A stretch of 64,000 nt of DNA from a bacterium (GTDB lineage Bacteria > Patescibacteriota > Minisyncoccia > Phycocordibacterales > VMGT01): NCBI GenBank assembly GCA_030697645.1, contig JAUYPI010000003.1, forward strand, positions 318-64,317, read 5' to 3'. A program made the position numbers and the translations under genes. The notes under the pieces were generated by a model. That model saw only the letters and a program-made list of their open reading frames with translations. It made no database searches and was not told the origin of the DNA. Positions 37,266 through 48,058 of this stretch are shown here, one piece after another (position 1 is the stretch's first letter; each line of letters begins with the position of its first letter).

Positions 37266-37550
37266 AAACAGACCTTCTCTCCTTCGCGGAAACGCGAGGG
37301 TAATAAACGAGCTCAAAACGGTGAAGGCCTTGAGTTAAAGGTTAACGCCGTAGGAAGCCCACTAGTAATTAGTTCCTAGTAACTGGTAATTAGTGTGGCC
37401 CTCTAACGACTGAATCCCGCAAAATGCGGGATGAGATAGAACCATCGCCACGGGTTCTATAATACGGCTCGCACCTACGGTCCGTCTCAGAGGCGGACTA
37501 CGGTGAAGGCATAGTCTGATATCCGTAGTAATACGGGCAAACACAAACTG
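37266..37550 (+). ncRNA. Group I intron at about L2533, no ORF
   Basis: Interrupts GCTGGAGA^AGGTCCCAAGG; AAAACGGTGAA (P), TAACGCCGT (Q), CTAACGACTG (R), AAGGCATAGTCT (S); terminal G. Confidence 0.8.
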
Positions 37551-37610
37551 AGGTCCCAAGGGTATAGCTGTTCGCTATTTAAAGAGGTACGCGAGCTGGG
37601 TTCAGACCGT

Positions 37611-37956
37611 CCAGGACGTGAATTATGAATGAAGAATCATGAGTCATGGATTGGACAGTCTGAACCCGCATCGAAACTTTTCGTCTATGAAAAATGAAAA
37701 AGGCCTAAACGCACTATACAGTGCGTCGGCCAAGGAACCCCACTATCGCTAAAGCTATGGTGGGCGAGACCAATCATATCACGGCGGTCGCCCGCAGTAA
37801 TGCGGGACGAAGAAGCTGACTATATCGGTGGAACCCTGTTTTACACAGGACAACACCGAGGGAAGTCCGCGTGACCCCGTAGAGACTACATGTCAGCCCT
37901 CCGATTTTATCGGAGAAAGGTATAGTCCAATGCACACAGTAATGTGTGGAAACATG
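37611..37956 (+). ncRNA. Group I intron at L2593, no ORF
   Basis: Interrupts TTCAGACCGT^CGTGAGACAG; ATATCGGTGGAA, AACACCGAG, GTAGAGACTA, AAGGTATAGTCC; terminal G. Confidence 0.9.
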
Positions 37957-38098
37957 CGTGAGACAGGTTGGTCTCCTATCTGCTGCAGGCGTTGATTCTT
38001 GAGGGGAGTCGTTCCTAGTACGAGAGGACCGGAATGAACGAACCTCTGGTCTATCGGCTGTCCCGCCAGGGGCACCGCCGAGTAGCTATGTTCGGAAT

Positions 38099-38131
<33 letters not shown>

Positions 38132-38152
38132 AATCCCAAGATGAGGAATCGC

Positions 38153-38240
38153 GTCGCCGCATCACACGGAGTGTGATGCGGACATATCGATATTTCGATA
38201 TATCGAAATTTCCGCATCGCGCTTCGCGCGATGCGGCGGC
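38153..38240. repeat. Octamer-repeat hairpin inserted in 23S (about H98)
   Basis: Twin of 34451..34534. Confidence 0.9.
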
Positions 38241-38355
38241 ATCGGCCCGTGGGAGATGACCACGTTGATAGGCACCAGGTGTACGCGCAGTAATGCGTTT
38301 AGCCGAGGTGTACTAATCCGCCGAAATTCCTGTGAGGAATAGAGGAACCGCGTCG

Positions 38356-38545
38356 TACCTCGCTCGGGCTCGGTGCGGAATTTCCAATTTCCAATTTTAC
38401 AATTTCCAAATAATTTCCAATGACCAAATTTCCAATTTCCAAACACGACGCCGGATGTCGCTCGTCGTTTGAAAATTGACTCATTGAAAATTTATTGAAA
38501 ATTGAAAATTGATAATTGAAAATTCCGTGTCGAGCACATGGGGGT
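38356..38545. repeat. Heptamer hairpin in the 23S-5S spacer, with a clamp related to the octamer elements
   Basis: CCTCGC...CTCGGTGCGGA-(AATTTCC)n-ACACGACG-(TTGAAAA)n-TCCGTGTCGAG. Confidence 0.85.
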
Positions 38546-38605
38546 GTTGAAAAACTTTTACCTGCTTCTTTTTGCTTATTTTTTCGCGACGTTTCGAACG
38601 CCGCG

Positions 38606-38712
38606 TGCTGGTGATTTATCGCCGGGGCCACACCTGTTCTCATTCCGAACACAGAAGTTAAGCCCGGCTGAGGCGATGGTACTCGAAAGGGGAGAGTAGC
38701 TCGTCGCCAGCA
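38606..38712 (+). rRNA. rrf: 5S rRNA
   Basis: CACCTGTTCTCATTCCGAACACAGAAGTTAAGC, GATGGTACT, GGGAGAGTAG; terminal stem TGCTGG/CCAGCA. Confidence 0.95.
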
Positions 38713-38986
38713 CGCGGCGTTTGATGTCTATCTATCTTTATGCAATACTCCAGCAAGACAGAGGTCTTGGTGGAGTATTTGCTTTAAGAATGTGTTGTAG
38801 AGCGAGGAGCGTGTATCCTTAAGGAGCGACTATGAATTGGTGGTTGTCCGGACTTTGTATGCTTTTGGTTGGTTTTCTTCTTGCGGCGATATACAGCCCG
38901 ATTTTGCCGTACGACGTGCGATACTCATTGTGGTTGTCCGTAACGGCTTTGTTCCACTGAGAACGTCGACAACAGGAGGATTTGTG

Positions 38987-40381
38987 ATGAAAATTTTGAT
39001 TGTCGGCTCTGGCGCTCGGGAGCACGCGCTTGCGGCAAAGATTGCGGAAAGTCCACTTGTGGAGACGCTCTACGCAGCACCCGGAAATGCGGGGATGGAG
39101 ATGGTGACCCTTCGATCGAGTGGTTTCTCGCTCGAGCCTGTACATATACAGGCGAGTGACATAAACGGCCTGTGTTCGTTTGCAAAGTGTGTAAGCGTTG
39201 ATCTTACGGTCGTTGGTCCAGAAATTCCTCTTGCCCTCGGCGTTGTCGATCGATTTCTCGAGTGGGGTTTGCCGATTGTCGGGCCGACGATGGCTGCAGC
39301 GAGGCTCGAGGCGTCGAAGATTTTTGCCAAGCAACTCATGTGGGGTCTCGGGATTCCGACGGCCTCGGGGGCAGTTTTCTGTGGTGATGATGTGTGTCTC
39401 GCCTCGGTCCTCGGGTATGCCGAGGAGCACTTTCGTCGCGTAAAGGGGCCGCTCGTTATCAAGCAGGATGGTCTCGCTGGCGGCAAGGGGGTGACCATCG
39501 TCCGTACGCCCGAGGAAGCGGAGGCGAGCATCCGTGCTCATCTTGAAGAGTGGCGTTTCGGTGACGGCGGCAGAGGACTTGTGCTCGAGAAGTACCTCGG
39601 AGGGGAAGAGCTCTCGTTCCATGTCGTTGCTCGCGGCGAGGAGTTTGTGGTTCTCCCCACGGCGCAGGATTATAAATTTCTCTACGCATCAGCGGAGGAC
39701 GGGGCTCTTGGCGATAACTGGATGACCGGCGGGATGGGGGCATATGCACCAGTCCGCATTACAGCGGCGCTGTATAAGAAAATCATTGATCGTATCGTGC
39801 GTCCGACACTCGCCGGCATGAGCGCGCGCCGTACGCCATTTAATGGCGTGCTCTATATAGGTCTTATGATTGTCGAGGATGAACCGTACGTCCTCGAGTT
39901 TAACGTGCGGTTCGGCGATCCTGAGGCGCAGGTGATCCTTCCGTTGATCCCGGGCGATATCGTGCCCCTGCTCCTCGCGTGCGCATCGGGAAGGAGGTTC
40001 CTCACAGGCGAGTATCGTGAACTGGCATCGTTTGTGCTCCCGGGAGGAGAATCGTCGGGATATGCGGTCTGCGTCGTTCTCACCAGTGATGGGTATGCGA
40101 AAGAAAAAAAGCACGGTCGGCACGTGATTGCAGGGCTCGATGTTGTCGCGACGCTGCCCCACACGCGCGTCTATCACGCGAGCACAGTTCGCGGGAGCGA
40201 CGGCGGGTTTCAGGCGCTCGACGGTAACCGTGTGTTAAGTGTCGTGGGAGAAGGTGATACGCACGAAGACGCATTGGAGAGAGCGTATACTGCGGTCGAA
40301 AAAATTTTTTGGCCTGGGATGTATTTCCGCAGGGACATTGGGTTCCTAAAAAAGGATAGTACATGGACAAAACAGCGCTGA
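38987..40381 (+). CDS. purD: Phosphoribosylamine--glycine ligase
   Basis: MKILIVGSGAREHALA, APGNAG, VVGPE.PL, LE.SK.FAK, DGLAGGKGV, TGGMGAY, EFNVRFGDPE; AGGAGG SD. Confidence 0.95.
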   Translation: MKILIVGSGAREHALAAKIAESPLVETLYAAPGNAGMEMVTLRSSGFSLEPVHIQASDINGLCSFAKCVSVDLTVVGPEIPLALGVVDRFLEWGLPIVGPTMAAARLEASKIFAKQLMWGLGIPTASGAVFCGDDVCLASVLGYAEEHFRRVKGPLVIKQDGLAGGKGVTIVRTPEEAEASIRAHLEEWRFGDGGRGLVLEKYLGGEELSFHVVARGEEFVVLPTAQDYKFLYASAEDGALGDNWMTGGMGAYAPVRITAALYKKIIDRIVRPTLAGMSARRTPFNGVLYIGLMIVEDEPYVLEFNVRFGDPEAQVILPLIPGDIVPLLLACASGRRFLTGEYRELASFVLPGGESSGYAVCVVLTSDGYAKEKKHGRHVIAGLDVVATLPHTRVYHASTVRGSDGGFQALDGNRVLSVVGEGDTHEDALERAYTAVEKIFWPGMYFRRDIGFLKKDSTWTKQR

Positions 40382-40551
40382 AGACCCTGTTGAAGATGGC
40401 TATGCGACCCGTACTGCTGGCGTTTCTTGTTATGGTAGCGGTCACCACCGGTGCGGCATTCCTCTCTGATTTGACCGGTACTGGCGTGTGGCCAGTGTTG
40501 TTCCTTGGAGGCGTCGCTATAGTACTCCTTGTAATTCGCAGATTTGTTTAA
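40363..40551 (+). CDS. Small two-TM membrane protein
   Basis: 62-aa hydrophobic ORF overlapping the purD stop, AAGGA SD, followed by a hairpin at 40565..40588. Confidence 0.6.
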   Translation: MDKTALKTLLKMAMRPVLLAFLVMVAVTTGAAFLSDLTGTGVWPVLFLGGVAIVLLVIRRFV

Positions 40552-40639
40552 CGTGATCTCTTACAGGCGCGACCCTTGGTCGCGCCTGCTTCCCTTTTTC
40601 ATCTAAAAGCTATAAGCTAAAAGCTATAAGCTCGCACCT

Positions 40640-41404
40640 ATGAGTCTCTGGTCCCTCCGCCATCAGCTCGGCTACGCTTTACTTGGAATCGGGTTCCTCG
40701 CGCTTCTTGTGGGGGTGCCGATCACGCTCACTCTGCTCGGGAGGTCCCCGACGTGCTTTGACCGCACGCGCAACCAGGGTGAGAGCGGCGTTGACTGCGG
40801 CGGGCCGTGTACGCTTCTCTGTGGCATGGAGGCTGCGGCACCGCTTGTACTTTGGGCGAGAGCAACGCGCGTGACCGAGACGGTCTACAACGCTGCCGCG
40901 CTCATTGAAAACCGCAACGCGGGCGCCGGCGCGCGCAACGTGCCGTACTCGTTTAAGCTCTACGACAGCCGCAATGTGCTCATTCTCGAGGAGCGCGGCA
41001 CGATCTCGCTTCCGCCGCAGACGCGCATCCCTATCTTTGCCGGGGGACTTGTGGTCGGCGCGCGGCCTCCGGCTCGGACATTCTTCGCATTCACTGACGA
41101 GCCGATTTGGGAGAAAATGGAGCACCGCGCAGCCGCGCTGACCGTGCAAAATGTTTCGCTGTCGCATGAAATGACAGCTCCGCGCGTCACCGCTGAGCTC
41201 GTGAATACCGGCGTTGAGACGATACGCGACATTACGGTCGTAGCCCTGCTCTATTCTCCCGAGGGGAGCATCGTCGCGACCTCTCGCACCGTGGTTGACC
41301 AGCTCGGGAAAAACCGCGTCGCGACTATCACGTTCACCTGGCCGGAGCCCCTACCTGCGCGGGTAGGGAAGGTTGATCTGTTTCCGTCCGTCCCATTGGA
41401 GTGA
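40640..41404 (+). CDS. Membrane-anchored protein with DCGGPC Cys motif and FxLYD-type domains
   Basis: TM helix, CFD...NQGE.GVDCGGPC, YSFKLYD. Confidence 0.75.
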   Translation: MSLWSLRHQLGYALLGIGFLALLVGVPITLTLLGRSPTCFDRTRNQGESGVDCGGPCTLLCGMEAAAPLVLWARATRVTETVYNAAALIENRNAGAGARNVPYSFKLYDSRNVLILEERGTISLPPQTRIPIFAGGLVVGARPPARTFFAFTDEPIWEKMEHRAAALTVQNVSLSHEMTAPRVTAELVNTGVETIRDITVVALLYSPEGSIVATSRTVVDQLGKNRVATITFTWPEPLPARVGKVDLFPSVPLE

Positions 41405-41427
41405 GAGAAAATAAGAGAGAGAATAAG

Positions 41428-41510
41428 ACAATTGACATGTAACATTTGACCATTGACCACGAACGAGAGCGCCCGTCGTCGTCAAATGTCAAAGGTCAAT
41501 TGTCAAATGT
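41428..41510. repeat. Heptamer-periodic hairpin, TTGACAT/ATGTCAA type
   Basis: TTGACAT GTAACAT TTGACCA TTGACCA ... ATGTCAA AGGTCAA TTGTCAA. Confidence 0.8.
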
Positions 41511-41547
41511 TTTTACGCAATTCCATGCTTCGATATTTGGCTTTTGT

Positions 41548-42675
41548 ATGTCTTTCCATGTCCTTCGCCACATCGACTGGCTTCTCCTCGGCGCAGCGGC
41601 GCTCATTGTGTCTGTCGGCCTCGTGACCATGTACTCCTTTCGCGGGGAGAACATTTTTTTTGCGCGGCAGATTGTCTGGGGGGCAGGAGCGATTACGATG
41701 GCGTGTGCTTTAAGCTTTATCGACTTTCATTTTTTGCGAAGGCCCGGAGTGCTCGTGGGCCTTTTTGGGGCGTTTTGCGTCCTCCTTCTCTTCTTGATTT
41801 TTTTCGGTACGAGCGTGCGTGGGGTGCAGAGCTGGCTTGATCTCGGGTCATTTCGCGTACAGCCGGCGGATCCGGCGAAGCTCGTCCTCATTCTCCTCCT
41901 CGCGAAATACTTTTCGCGCCGTCACATCGAGATCGCGCACGTGCGCCATATTTTGGTCTCGGGGTTCTATGCAGGTGTGCTTTTTTTGCTTGTGCTCTTG
42001 CAGCCGGATTTCGGATCGGCGATCATCATCGCATCGCTCTGGCTTGGCATGGTCGCGATATCCGGCATCTCGAAGCGCCACCTCGCTTTGGTCCTCGCGA
42101 CTGGGCTACTTGGCGCGAGCACGTTGTGGCTCTTTGTCTTCGAAGATTACCAGCGTGCACGTCTCGTCAGCTTCCTCAATCCGATGGCCGATCTCCAAGG
42201 TGCCGGATACAACGCGTATCAGTCCGTCGTCGCGATTGGCTCCGGCGGGCTCTTTGGTAAGGGCATCGGCTTTGGGAGTCAATCGCGGCTGCGCTTTCTT
42301 CCCGAATACGAGACGGATTTCATCTTTGCAGCGTTTGCAGAGGAGTGGGGGTTTATCGGCGTCGTGATGCTCTGTGCGCTCTTCGCCATTATTATCTGGC
42401 GGCTTCTCCGGGCATCGATCCGTGGCGCGACTAATTTTGAGACGCTCTTTGCTGCTGGGCTCGCCGTGCTCATCATGAGTCACGCGACTGTCCATATCGG
42501 AATGAATCTAGGCCTCCTTCCGGTCACCGGCACGCCGCTGCCGTTTATGAGCTACGGTGGCTCGCACCTCTTTACCGAATTCATCGGCATCGGGATTTTA
42601 ATGGGCATGCGGCGCTATGGCCGCGCCACACATCGAAGCGAGCTCGCACGGGAGGAGGTGGATGTAACGCCATAG
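41548..42675 (+). CDS. rodA: Rod shape-determining protein RodA (SEDS family)
   Basis: W..LG...QP.D..K, QPDFGSA, YQ..R, ETDFIFA...EEWG, PVTG.PLPF.SYGGS. Confidence 0.93.
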   Translation: MSFHVLRHIDWLLLGAAALIVSVGLVTMYSFRGENIFFARQIVWGAGAITMACALSFIDFHFLRRPGVLVGLFGAFCVLLLFLIFFGTSVRGVQSWLDLGSFRVQPADPAKLVLILLLAKYFSRRHIEIAHVRHILVSGFYAGVLFLLVLLQPDFGSAIIIASLWLGMVAISGISKRHLALVLATGLLGASTLWLFVFEDYQRARLVSFLNPMADLQGAGYNAYQSVVAIGSGGLFGKGIGFGSQSRLRFLPEYETDFIFAAFAEEWGFIGVVMLCALFAIIIWRLLRASIRGATNFETLFAAGLAVLIMSHATVHIGMNLGLLPVTGTPLPFMSYGGSHLFTEFIGIGILMGMRRYGRATHRSELAREEVDVTP

Positions 42676-42745
42676 GCCGTATGAAGCGCTCAAAAATACC
42701 AGATTGAGTAGGACGTTCGCGCCTTGTTGGAAACCCCCGGATACA

Positions 42746-42877
42746 AATTTCCAATTATCAATTTTCAATTTTCAGTCAATTTTGCAATGAATCAATTTTC
42801 AAACACGACGTCGTTCGTCATTGAGCCATTGAAACATTGAAAATTTACTGAAAATTGAAAATTGTAAATTGAAAATT
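42746..42877. repeat. Heptamer-periodic hairpin, AATTTTC type
   Basis: Near-identical to 23958..24090. Confidence 0.9.
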
Positions 42878-42923
42878 ATGCGTATGATACTACCGGTGGA
42901 GTTTTGTACTCGAGTTTCGCTGC

Positions 42924-44186
42924 TCAGTTTTCATATACCGCGTAAGTCCTTGTTATCATTCGCTCGAGCGAAAACATTCGTGCGCTCTCGCGCGCGCTCG
43001 TGCCGAGTCGTGCTCTAAGCTCGATGTCGCTCGCGAGGCGCTCGATTGCCTCGGCGAGCGCGGTGCTGTCGTTGGGCGCAACGAGCAAACCGGTTTCCTC
43101 ATGTATGACGATCTCCGGTATGCCGCCGACCCGTGTTGCAATAATCGGCACGCCTGCGTGGAGCGCCTCGATGAGCACGTACGGCAGGCCTTCTTTGCGC
43201 GAGGGGAGTACAAAAAGGTCAAAGGCAGGCAGAAGCTCTGCTGCGTTTTCAATGTGTCCGGTGAGCACAACATGCTCGCCGAGGTCGCGCTCGGCGATGA
43301 GCGAGGCGAGCGAACCGCGGAGTTCACCGGAACCGATTAGAAAAGCTTTTAGCTGATAGCTTTTAGCTTTTAGGAGTGCGAGCGCCTCGATGAGCGTGTC
43401 GAGTCCTTTGTTTGGATGTAATTCCGCGATAGTTCCGATCCATAGATCAGGCACTGGCGTTTGAAATTTGACATTTGAAATTTTATTGGAAATTGGAAAT
43501 TGCTTGCCCGCCGGAGCTTCAGTGAAGGCGGGGAAATTAGAAATTGCGGCACGTGTCAGGATTTCTTTCCGTGCCTCTGTGGTAGGCATGTATTCTGTTG
43601 TTTCGATGCCGTTCCATATAGTTACCACTTTGCGCCGCAGCCCCGGCCATTTCTCGACAATCCGTCGATCGTGCTCCGAGACCGTGATCGTTTGGTGTGC
43701 GAGAAGCATCGTAAACCACGTGAATATTTTGATGAGTTGGCGTTGCCAGAACGGACGTGGCTCGAGGTGGGGAAGGCCGTGGAGAGTAACGATGATTTTG
43801 GGGACTGGTAACTGGTAACTAGTAACTAGGACGACGAATCGGTACGCGCGCGCCGCGAGCACTCCGATGCCGGCGGCTTTGGAGGAGTTGAGATGGATGA
43901 CATCGGGTTGCTCGCGGCGGTAGAGCGCAAGCAGAGCGAAGAACGCGCGAACGTCCTTCGTGATGCCGACGTCGCGCTCGAGGGCGAGAACGGGAACCAC
44001 CCGTACTCCTGCTGCTTCGAGCTTGTCTTTGAGGGCCCCGTCGCCGCCGAGAGCAACGATTGCCTCCGAGCTGTTAGCTTTTAGCTTATAGCTTTTAGCA
44101 GCGACGGCGAGATCGTAGACGTAGCGTTGCGCCCCGCCCCAGTTTGATTTCGTTATTACGTAAAGAATTTTTTGGTTATTTGACAT
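42924..44186 (-). CDS. GT4 glycosyltransferase with four in-frame heptamer-repeat insertions
   Basis: GGAQRYV, HLNSSKA, NKG, FVLPS..EGLP...EA...G.P.I.T.VGG. Confidence 0.92.
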   Translation of the reverse strand: MSNNQKILYVITKSNWGGAQRYVYDLAVAAKSYKLKANSSEAIVALGGDGALKDKLEAAGVRVVPVLALERDVGITKDVRAFFALLALYRREQPDVIHLNSSKAAGIGVLAARAYRFVVLVTSYQLPVPKIIVTLHGLPHLEPRPFWQRQLIKIFTWFTMLLAHQTITVSEHDRRIVEKWPGLRRKVVTIWNGIETTEYMPTTEARKEILTRAAISNFPAFTEAPAGKQFPISNKISNVKFQTPVPDLWIGTIAELHPNKGLDTLIEALALLKAKSYQLKAFLIGSGELRGSLASLIAERDLGEHVVLTGHIENAAELLPAFDLFVLPSRKEGLPYVLIEALHAGVPIIATRVGGIPEIVIHEETGLLVAPNDSTALAEAIERLASDIELRARLGTSARESARMFSLERMITRTYAVYEN

Positions 44187-44294
44187 ATCAAATTTATATG
44201 CTAGGCTTTTGTTAGAGTGATGTCCCCGCTCAAATAGGTGTCATTGTTGTATTGATGACACGATAGAAACCAGAAAGAACCTTGGAGGTGTGGC

Positions 44295-44522
44295 ATGGAC
44301 CGAGTTAAACGAGAAAGCACGGCCAGTATGATTTTGAGTACAGTGGGAGACATGGTCGTATGGCTGTTGCTTGTCGCCAGTTCAGTGAGCGGCATAGTCA
44401 AGGGACCACTAGAGTATTTCCGCTATGGGCACGTTGATACCGACGTCGTGTTGATGGCCTTGCCGGTTCAGGTTTTTTGTCTCGGGTATTGTATCCTCAT
44501 GGACCTTCGCCGCCGCGGGTAA
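44295..44522 (+). CDS. Small two-TM hypothetical protein
   Basis: GGAGGT SD, two hydrophobic segments, downstream hairpin at 44540..44567. Confidence 0.6.
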   Translation: MDRVKRESTASMILSTVGDMVVWLLLVASSVSGIVKGPLEYFRYGHVDTDVVLMALPVQVFCLGYCILMDLRRRG

Positions 44523-44639
44523 AAAATCTTCCTGAGCAAGAGGACAATCGCAACCGCGGTTGTCCTCGCTCTGTTTTACAGCGTATGATATAGGAAGTTG
44601 GCAGAAAGCAGACGGCTGATAGCCGAAAGCTGCGCTAGC

Positions 44640-45989
44640 ATGACTATCCGCTCCAAAACTGAATCCCTGCTTCTCTTCATCGGCGATGTCGCGCTGTTTT
44701 TTGCTGCGCTGTGGGTGACACTCCTCGTGCGCTACGCCGCCGTACCGTCAGCGCACATCTGGACGCTCCACTTCGCACCATTCGCGCTCCTCTTTGTCGC
44801 GTGGGTCATCGTCTTCTACATTGCGGGCCTCTACGGCAAGCACACGCTTATGCTGAAGAGCAAGCTCCCGACGACGATCCTCAACGCCCAGCTCGTGAAT
44901 ATGGCCCTCGCCGTGGGCTTCTTTTATTTCATCCCGCTCTTCGTCATTACGCCGAAGGTACACCTTTTCATCTATCTCGGCATCTCATTCGTGATGATCC
45001 TCCTCTGGCGCATCTACGGCCACCGAGCGTTTGGTTTCCGCAAGCGGGAGAAGGCGATCCTCATCGGCTCCGGCGAGGAGATGCGTGAGCTCCGCGACGA
45101 GGTCAACCACAACCGTAGTTATTCGCTCTCGTTCGTTTCCTCGGTGGATCTCGACGAGATCGATGCTCTCGACTTTGAGGAGGAGATCATCCGACGGCTC
45201 TATAGCGAGGGGATCGGCGTCGTCGTTATCCACTTCCGCTCCGAGAAGGTGGAGCCGGTCCTTCCCCGTCTCTATAACTTGATTTTCTCCCACATTCGTT
45301 TCATAGACATGCACCGCGTGTACGAGGACATTTTTGACCGCGTGCCGCTCTCGCTCCTCCAGTATAGCTGGTTCCTCGAGAACATCTCCTTCGCGCCAAG
45401 CCGGCTCTACGACATCCTGAAGCGCGCGATGGACCTTACGCTCTCGGCCCTCGCGGGACTTGTGACGCTGCCGCTCTACCCACTGGTCTATTGCGCGATA
45501 AAGCTCGACGACGGCGGGCCGATTTTTGTCTTTCAGACGCGTGTGGGCCAGAATAATCATCCGGTGCGCCTCATTAAGTTTCGTACCATGAGTTTTGACG
45601 ATGGCGGGCAGTGGGGAGACGCAAACTATAATGAAGTGACTCGAGTGGGAAATTTTTTGCGCAGGACGCGTCTTGATGAGCTTCCGCAGCTCTTTAACGT
45701 GTTACGTGGCGATATTTCACTGATAGGCCCACGTCCGGAATTTCCAGAGGCGGTAAAAGAGTACGAAGCGCAGATTCCATATTACGGCGTACGCCATCTT
45801 ATAAAGCCGGGGCTTTCCGGCTGGGCACAGATACATCATCAAAAACACCCACATCACAGCGTTGACATTGTGGAGACCGAGAACAAGCTCGCCTACGACC
45901 TCTACTACATCAAAAACCGTTCATTCATGCTTGATGTGAAAATCGCGGTTAAGACACTGCGGATATTGGCGTCAAGGAGTGGGCTCTAA
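44640..45989 (+). CDS. Polyprenyl glycosyl-1-phosphotransferase (WcaJ/WbaP-like)
   Basis: KR..D, Q.RVG, KFRTM, TRVG..LR..RLDELPQL.NVL.G..SLIGPRPE, KPGLSGWAQ. Confidence 0.93.
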   Translation: MTIRSKTESLLLFIGDVALFFAALWVTLLVRYAAVPSAHIWTLHFAPFALLFVAWVIVFYIAGLYGKHTLMLKSKLPTTILNAQLVNMALAVGFFYFIPLFVITPKVHLFIYLGISFVMILLWRIYGHRAFGFRKREKAILIGSGEEMRELRDEVNHNRSYSLSFVSSVDLDEIDALDFEEEIIRRLYSEGIGVVVIHFRSEKVEPVLPRLYNLIFSHIRFIDMHRVYEDIFDRVPLSLLQYSWFLENISFAPSRLYDILKRAMDLTLSALAGLVTLPLYPLVYCAIKLDDGGPIFVFQTRVGQNNHPVRLIKFRTMSFDDGGQWGDANYNEVTRVGNFLRRTRLDELPQLFNVLRGDISLIGPRPEFPEAVKEYEAQIPYYGVRHLIKPGLSGWAQIHHQKHPHHSVDIVETENKLAYDLYYIKNRSFMLDVKIAVKTLRILASRSGL

Positions 45990-46187
45990 AAAGCAGTATG
46001 CAACAAGCAGTATGCAGTAAGCACAGCGCGTCTACAGGCGATGGTTAGGCTCCTCGCCACGCATCACGAGAGGCGGGCCACCTTGTATTGGATGCGCGTT
46101 AGTGTCAAGTTGTCGCACTGTTCTCTGCATGAGACGATTATAGTGGACTAATTTAGCGGCGACACTTTTTAGCAGGAGTATACGCAT

Positions 46188-47117
46188 ATGCGCCAGTACC
46201 TTGATTTACTGCAGGATATTCTGGAGAATGGTGTGCGGAAAGATGACCGTACCGGCGTTGGCACGCAGAGCGTGTTCGGGCGGCAACTCCGTTTTAATCT
46301 CACTGACGGCTTTCCGCTCGTAACGACAAAGAAAGTGTTCGTTCGAGGCGTCATAGTGGAACTTTTGTGGTTCTTGCGTGGCGATACGAACATTCAATTT
46401 TTAATCCAGAACGGTGTCAACATCTGGAACGACTGGGCGTTTCAAAAGTACCTCGAAGCGAATGATTTGGCAAATCGCTTCGAGCGGTCATCGGAGACAT
46501 GGCGTGACGAAGTCAAGTTGTTTGCCGAGCGTATCAAGACGGACGATGAATTTGCGTGTCTCTACGGCGAGCTCGGGCCGATCTACGGTAAGCAGTGGGT
46601 ACGCTGGGAGTCTCGGGATGGGGAGGAGATCAATCAAGTTGCGCAAGCAGTTGACCTGATCAAAACCGACCCGACATCGCGACGCATCATTGTGTGTGGG
46701 TGGAACGTCGGCGAGCTCCAGGAACTCATCCGGGCGCGCCATCACGCGCCGCCGTCGTGTCATACGCTTTTTCAATTTATGGTGATCGGCGATTCGCTGT
46801 CATGCCAGCTCTATCAGCGTAGCGCGGATATGTTTCTCGGCGTGCCGTTCAATATCGCCTCGTACGCGCTGCTCACGATGATGATGGCGCACGTGACCGG
46901 ACTCAAGCCAGGTGAGTTTATCCATACGTTCGGCGACGCGCACATTTATCTTAACCACCTCGAGCAGGTGCGCGAGCAGCTCGCAAGAGAGCCGCGAGAG
47001 CTGCCGCAGATGAAACTCGCGAGCGGTGTGCGGGACATTTTTGGCTTTGTCTACGATGATTTTACGCTTGATGGCTACGATCCGTGGCCAGCGATTCGGG
47101 CGCCTATAGCAGTATAG
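46188..47117 (+). CDS. thyA: Thymidylate synthase
   Basis: [38 protein letters not shown]. Confidence 0.97.
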   Translation: MRQYLDLLQDILENGVRKDDRTGVGTQSVFGRQLRFNLTDGFPLVTTKKVFVRGVIVELLWFLRGDTNIQFLIQNGVNIWNDWAFQKYLEANDLANRFERSSETWRDEVKLFAERIKTDDEFACLYGELGPIYGKQWVRWESRDGEEINQVAQAVDLIKTDPTSRRIIVCGWNVGELQELIRARHHAPPSCHTLFQFMVIGDSLSCQLYQRSADMFLGVPFNIASYALLTMMMAHVTGLKPGEFIHTFGDAHIYLNHLEQVREQLAREPRELPQMKLASGVRDIFGFVYDDFTLDGYDPWPAIRAPIAV

Positions 47118-47127
47118 TGGAGGTTCT

Positions 47128-47748
47128 ATGGGGGAAGAGCAACAAAGACAGACGCTGAATATAATCGCCGCCGTGGCGCGAAACGGCGTCCTCGGCAAGC
47201 GCGGTGGGCTGCCGTGGTATCTGCCCGAGGATTTGAAGATGTTCCGCAAGCGCACGATGGGCTCGCCGGTTATTATGGGACGGCGTACGTTCGATTCGCT
47301 TATGGCGATGCGCGGCAAGCCGCTCGACGGACGCACGAACATTGTGGTGACGCGACAGCGTAAGTTCTCTGTGCCCGAAGGCGTCTTTGTCGTGCGCTCA
47401 CTTGACGAGGCGTTCAAGATTGCCGCCGAGCAGCCGAGCGTGCATGACGATGTATTCGTCGCGGGCGGTGGGGAGATCTACGCGCTCGCGCTGCCTCTCG
47501 CCGAGCGCTTCTATCTCACCGAAGTTGACGCGGATCCAGATGGCGAGGTGTATTTTCCGCTCTGGCAGCGTTTCGTGCCGCAGTGTACGCACCCGGAGTG
47601 GAAGTGCATCGCCACCGAGAAGTGGCGCCGCGATGAGGCGAGTGACACGCGTTTCCGATTTCTGACGCTGCAGCGGAAGCTTCCTGTGACCGCTTCGTTT
47701 GAACAGGCGTGTGGTCCGTGTCGGGACCACCCAGAGGAGAACAATTGA
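47128..47748 (+). CDS. folA: Dihydrofolate reductase
   Basis: IAAV..NGV.G....LPW.LPEDL..F, IMGRRT, PL.GR.NIV.TR, GGGEIY. Confidence 0.95.
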   Translation: MGEEQQRQTLNIIAAVARNGVLGKRGGLPWYLPEDLKMFRKRTMGSPVIMGRRTFDSLMAMRGKPLDGRTNIVVTRQRKFSVPEGVFVVRSLDEAFKIAAEQPSVHDDVFVAGGGEIYALALPLAERFYLTEVDADPDGEVYFPLWQRFVPQCTHPEWKCIATEKWRRDEASDTRFRFLTLQRKLPVTASFEQACGPCRDHPEENN

Positions 47749-47898
47749 GACTTCAATGGCCCGAGACCAATCTCGGGCCTTCGTTTTTTTTGCGCTTGCG
47801 GATCGAGCGTCATAATAACAATGCGGCCGCATTGTTATTATGACGCGCTCGAATGTCGTCGAATGCAGACCGACTGTTTGGTTCGCGTAGACAATAGA

Positions 47899-48058
47899 CA
47901 GAAAAAAACCTCCCTAAGCCAAGTGGCTGAGGGGGGTTGATGTGCGGTAGTGTTACCGCTCGGGTGTGTCGCTTTGCGACACCAAACAAACTATATAGTT
48001 TGTTTTTGAGAACAGAGTGCGGTACTGTTAAAAACACAGTACCAACTTTTTCTTTTCT
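47899..48058 (-). ncRNA. Candidate small RNA divergent from glyA
   Basis: Minus-strand TTGACG-N18-TACACT (48094..48065), four hairpins, then CCCCTCAGCCACTTGGCTTAGGGAGG-T7 terminator; no ATG ORF. Confidence 0.45.

Noticed and set aside
38820-38986. Possible purine-related riboswitch upstream of purD (GTGGTTGTCCG repeated twice)
   Set aside because: Could not match purine, ZTP or PRPP/ykkC consensus by eye; needs an Infernal/Rfam search.
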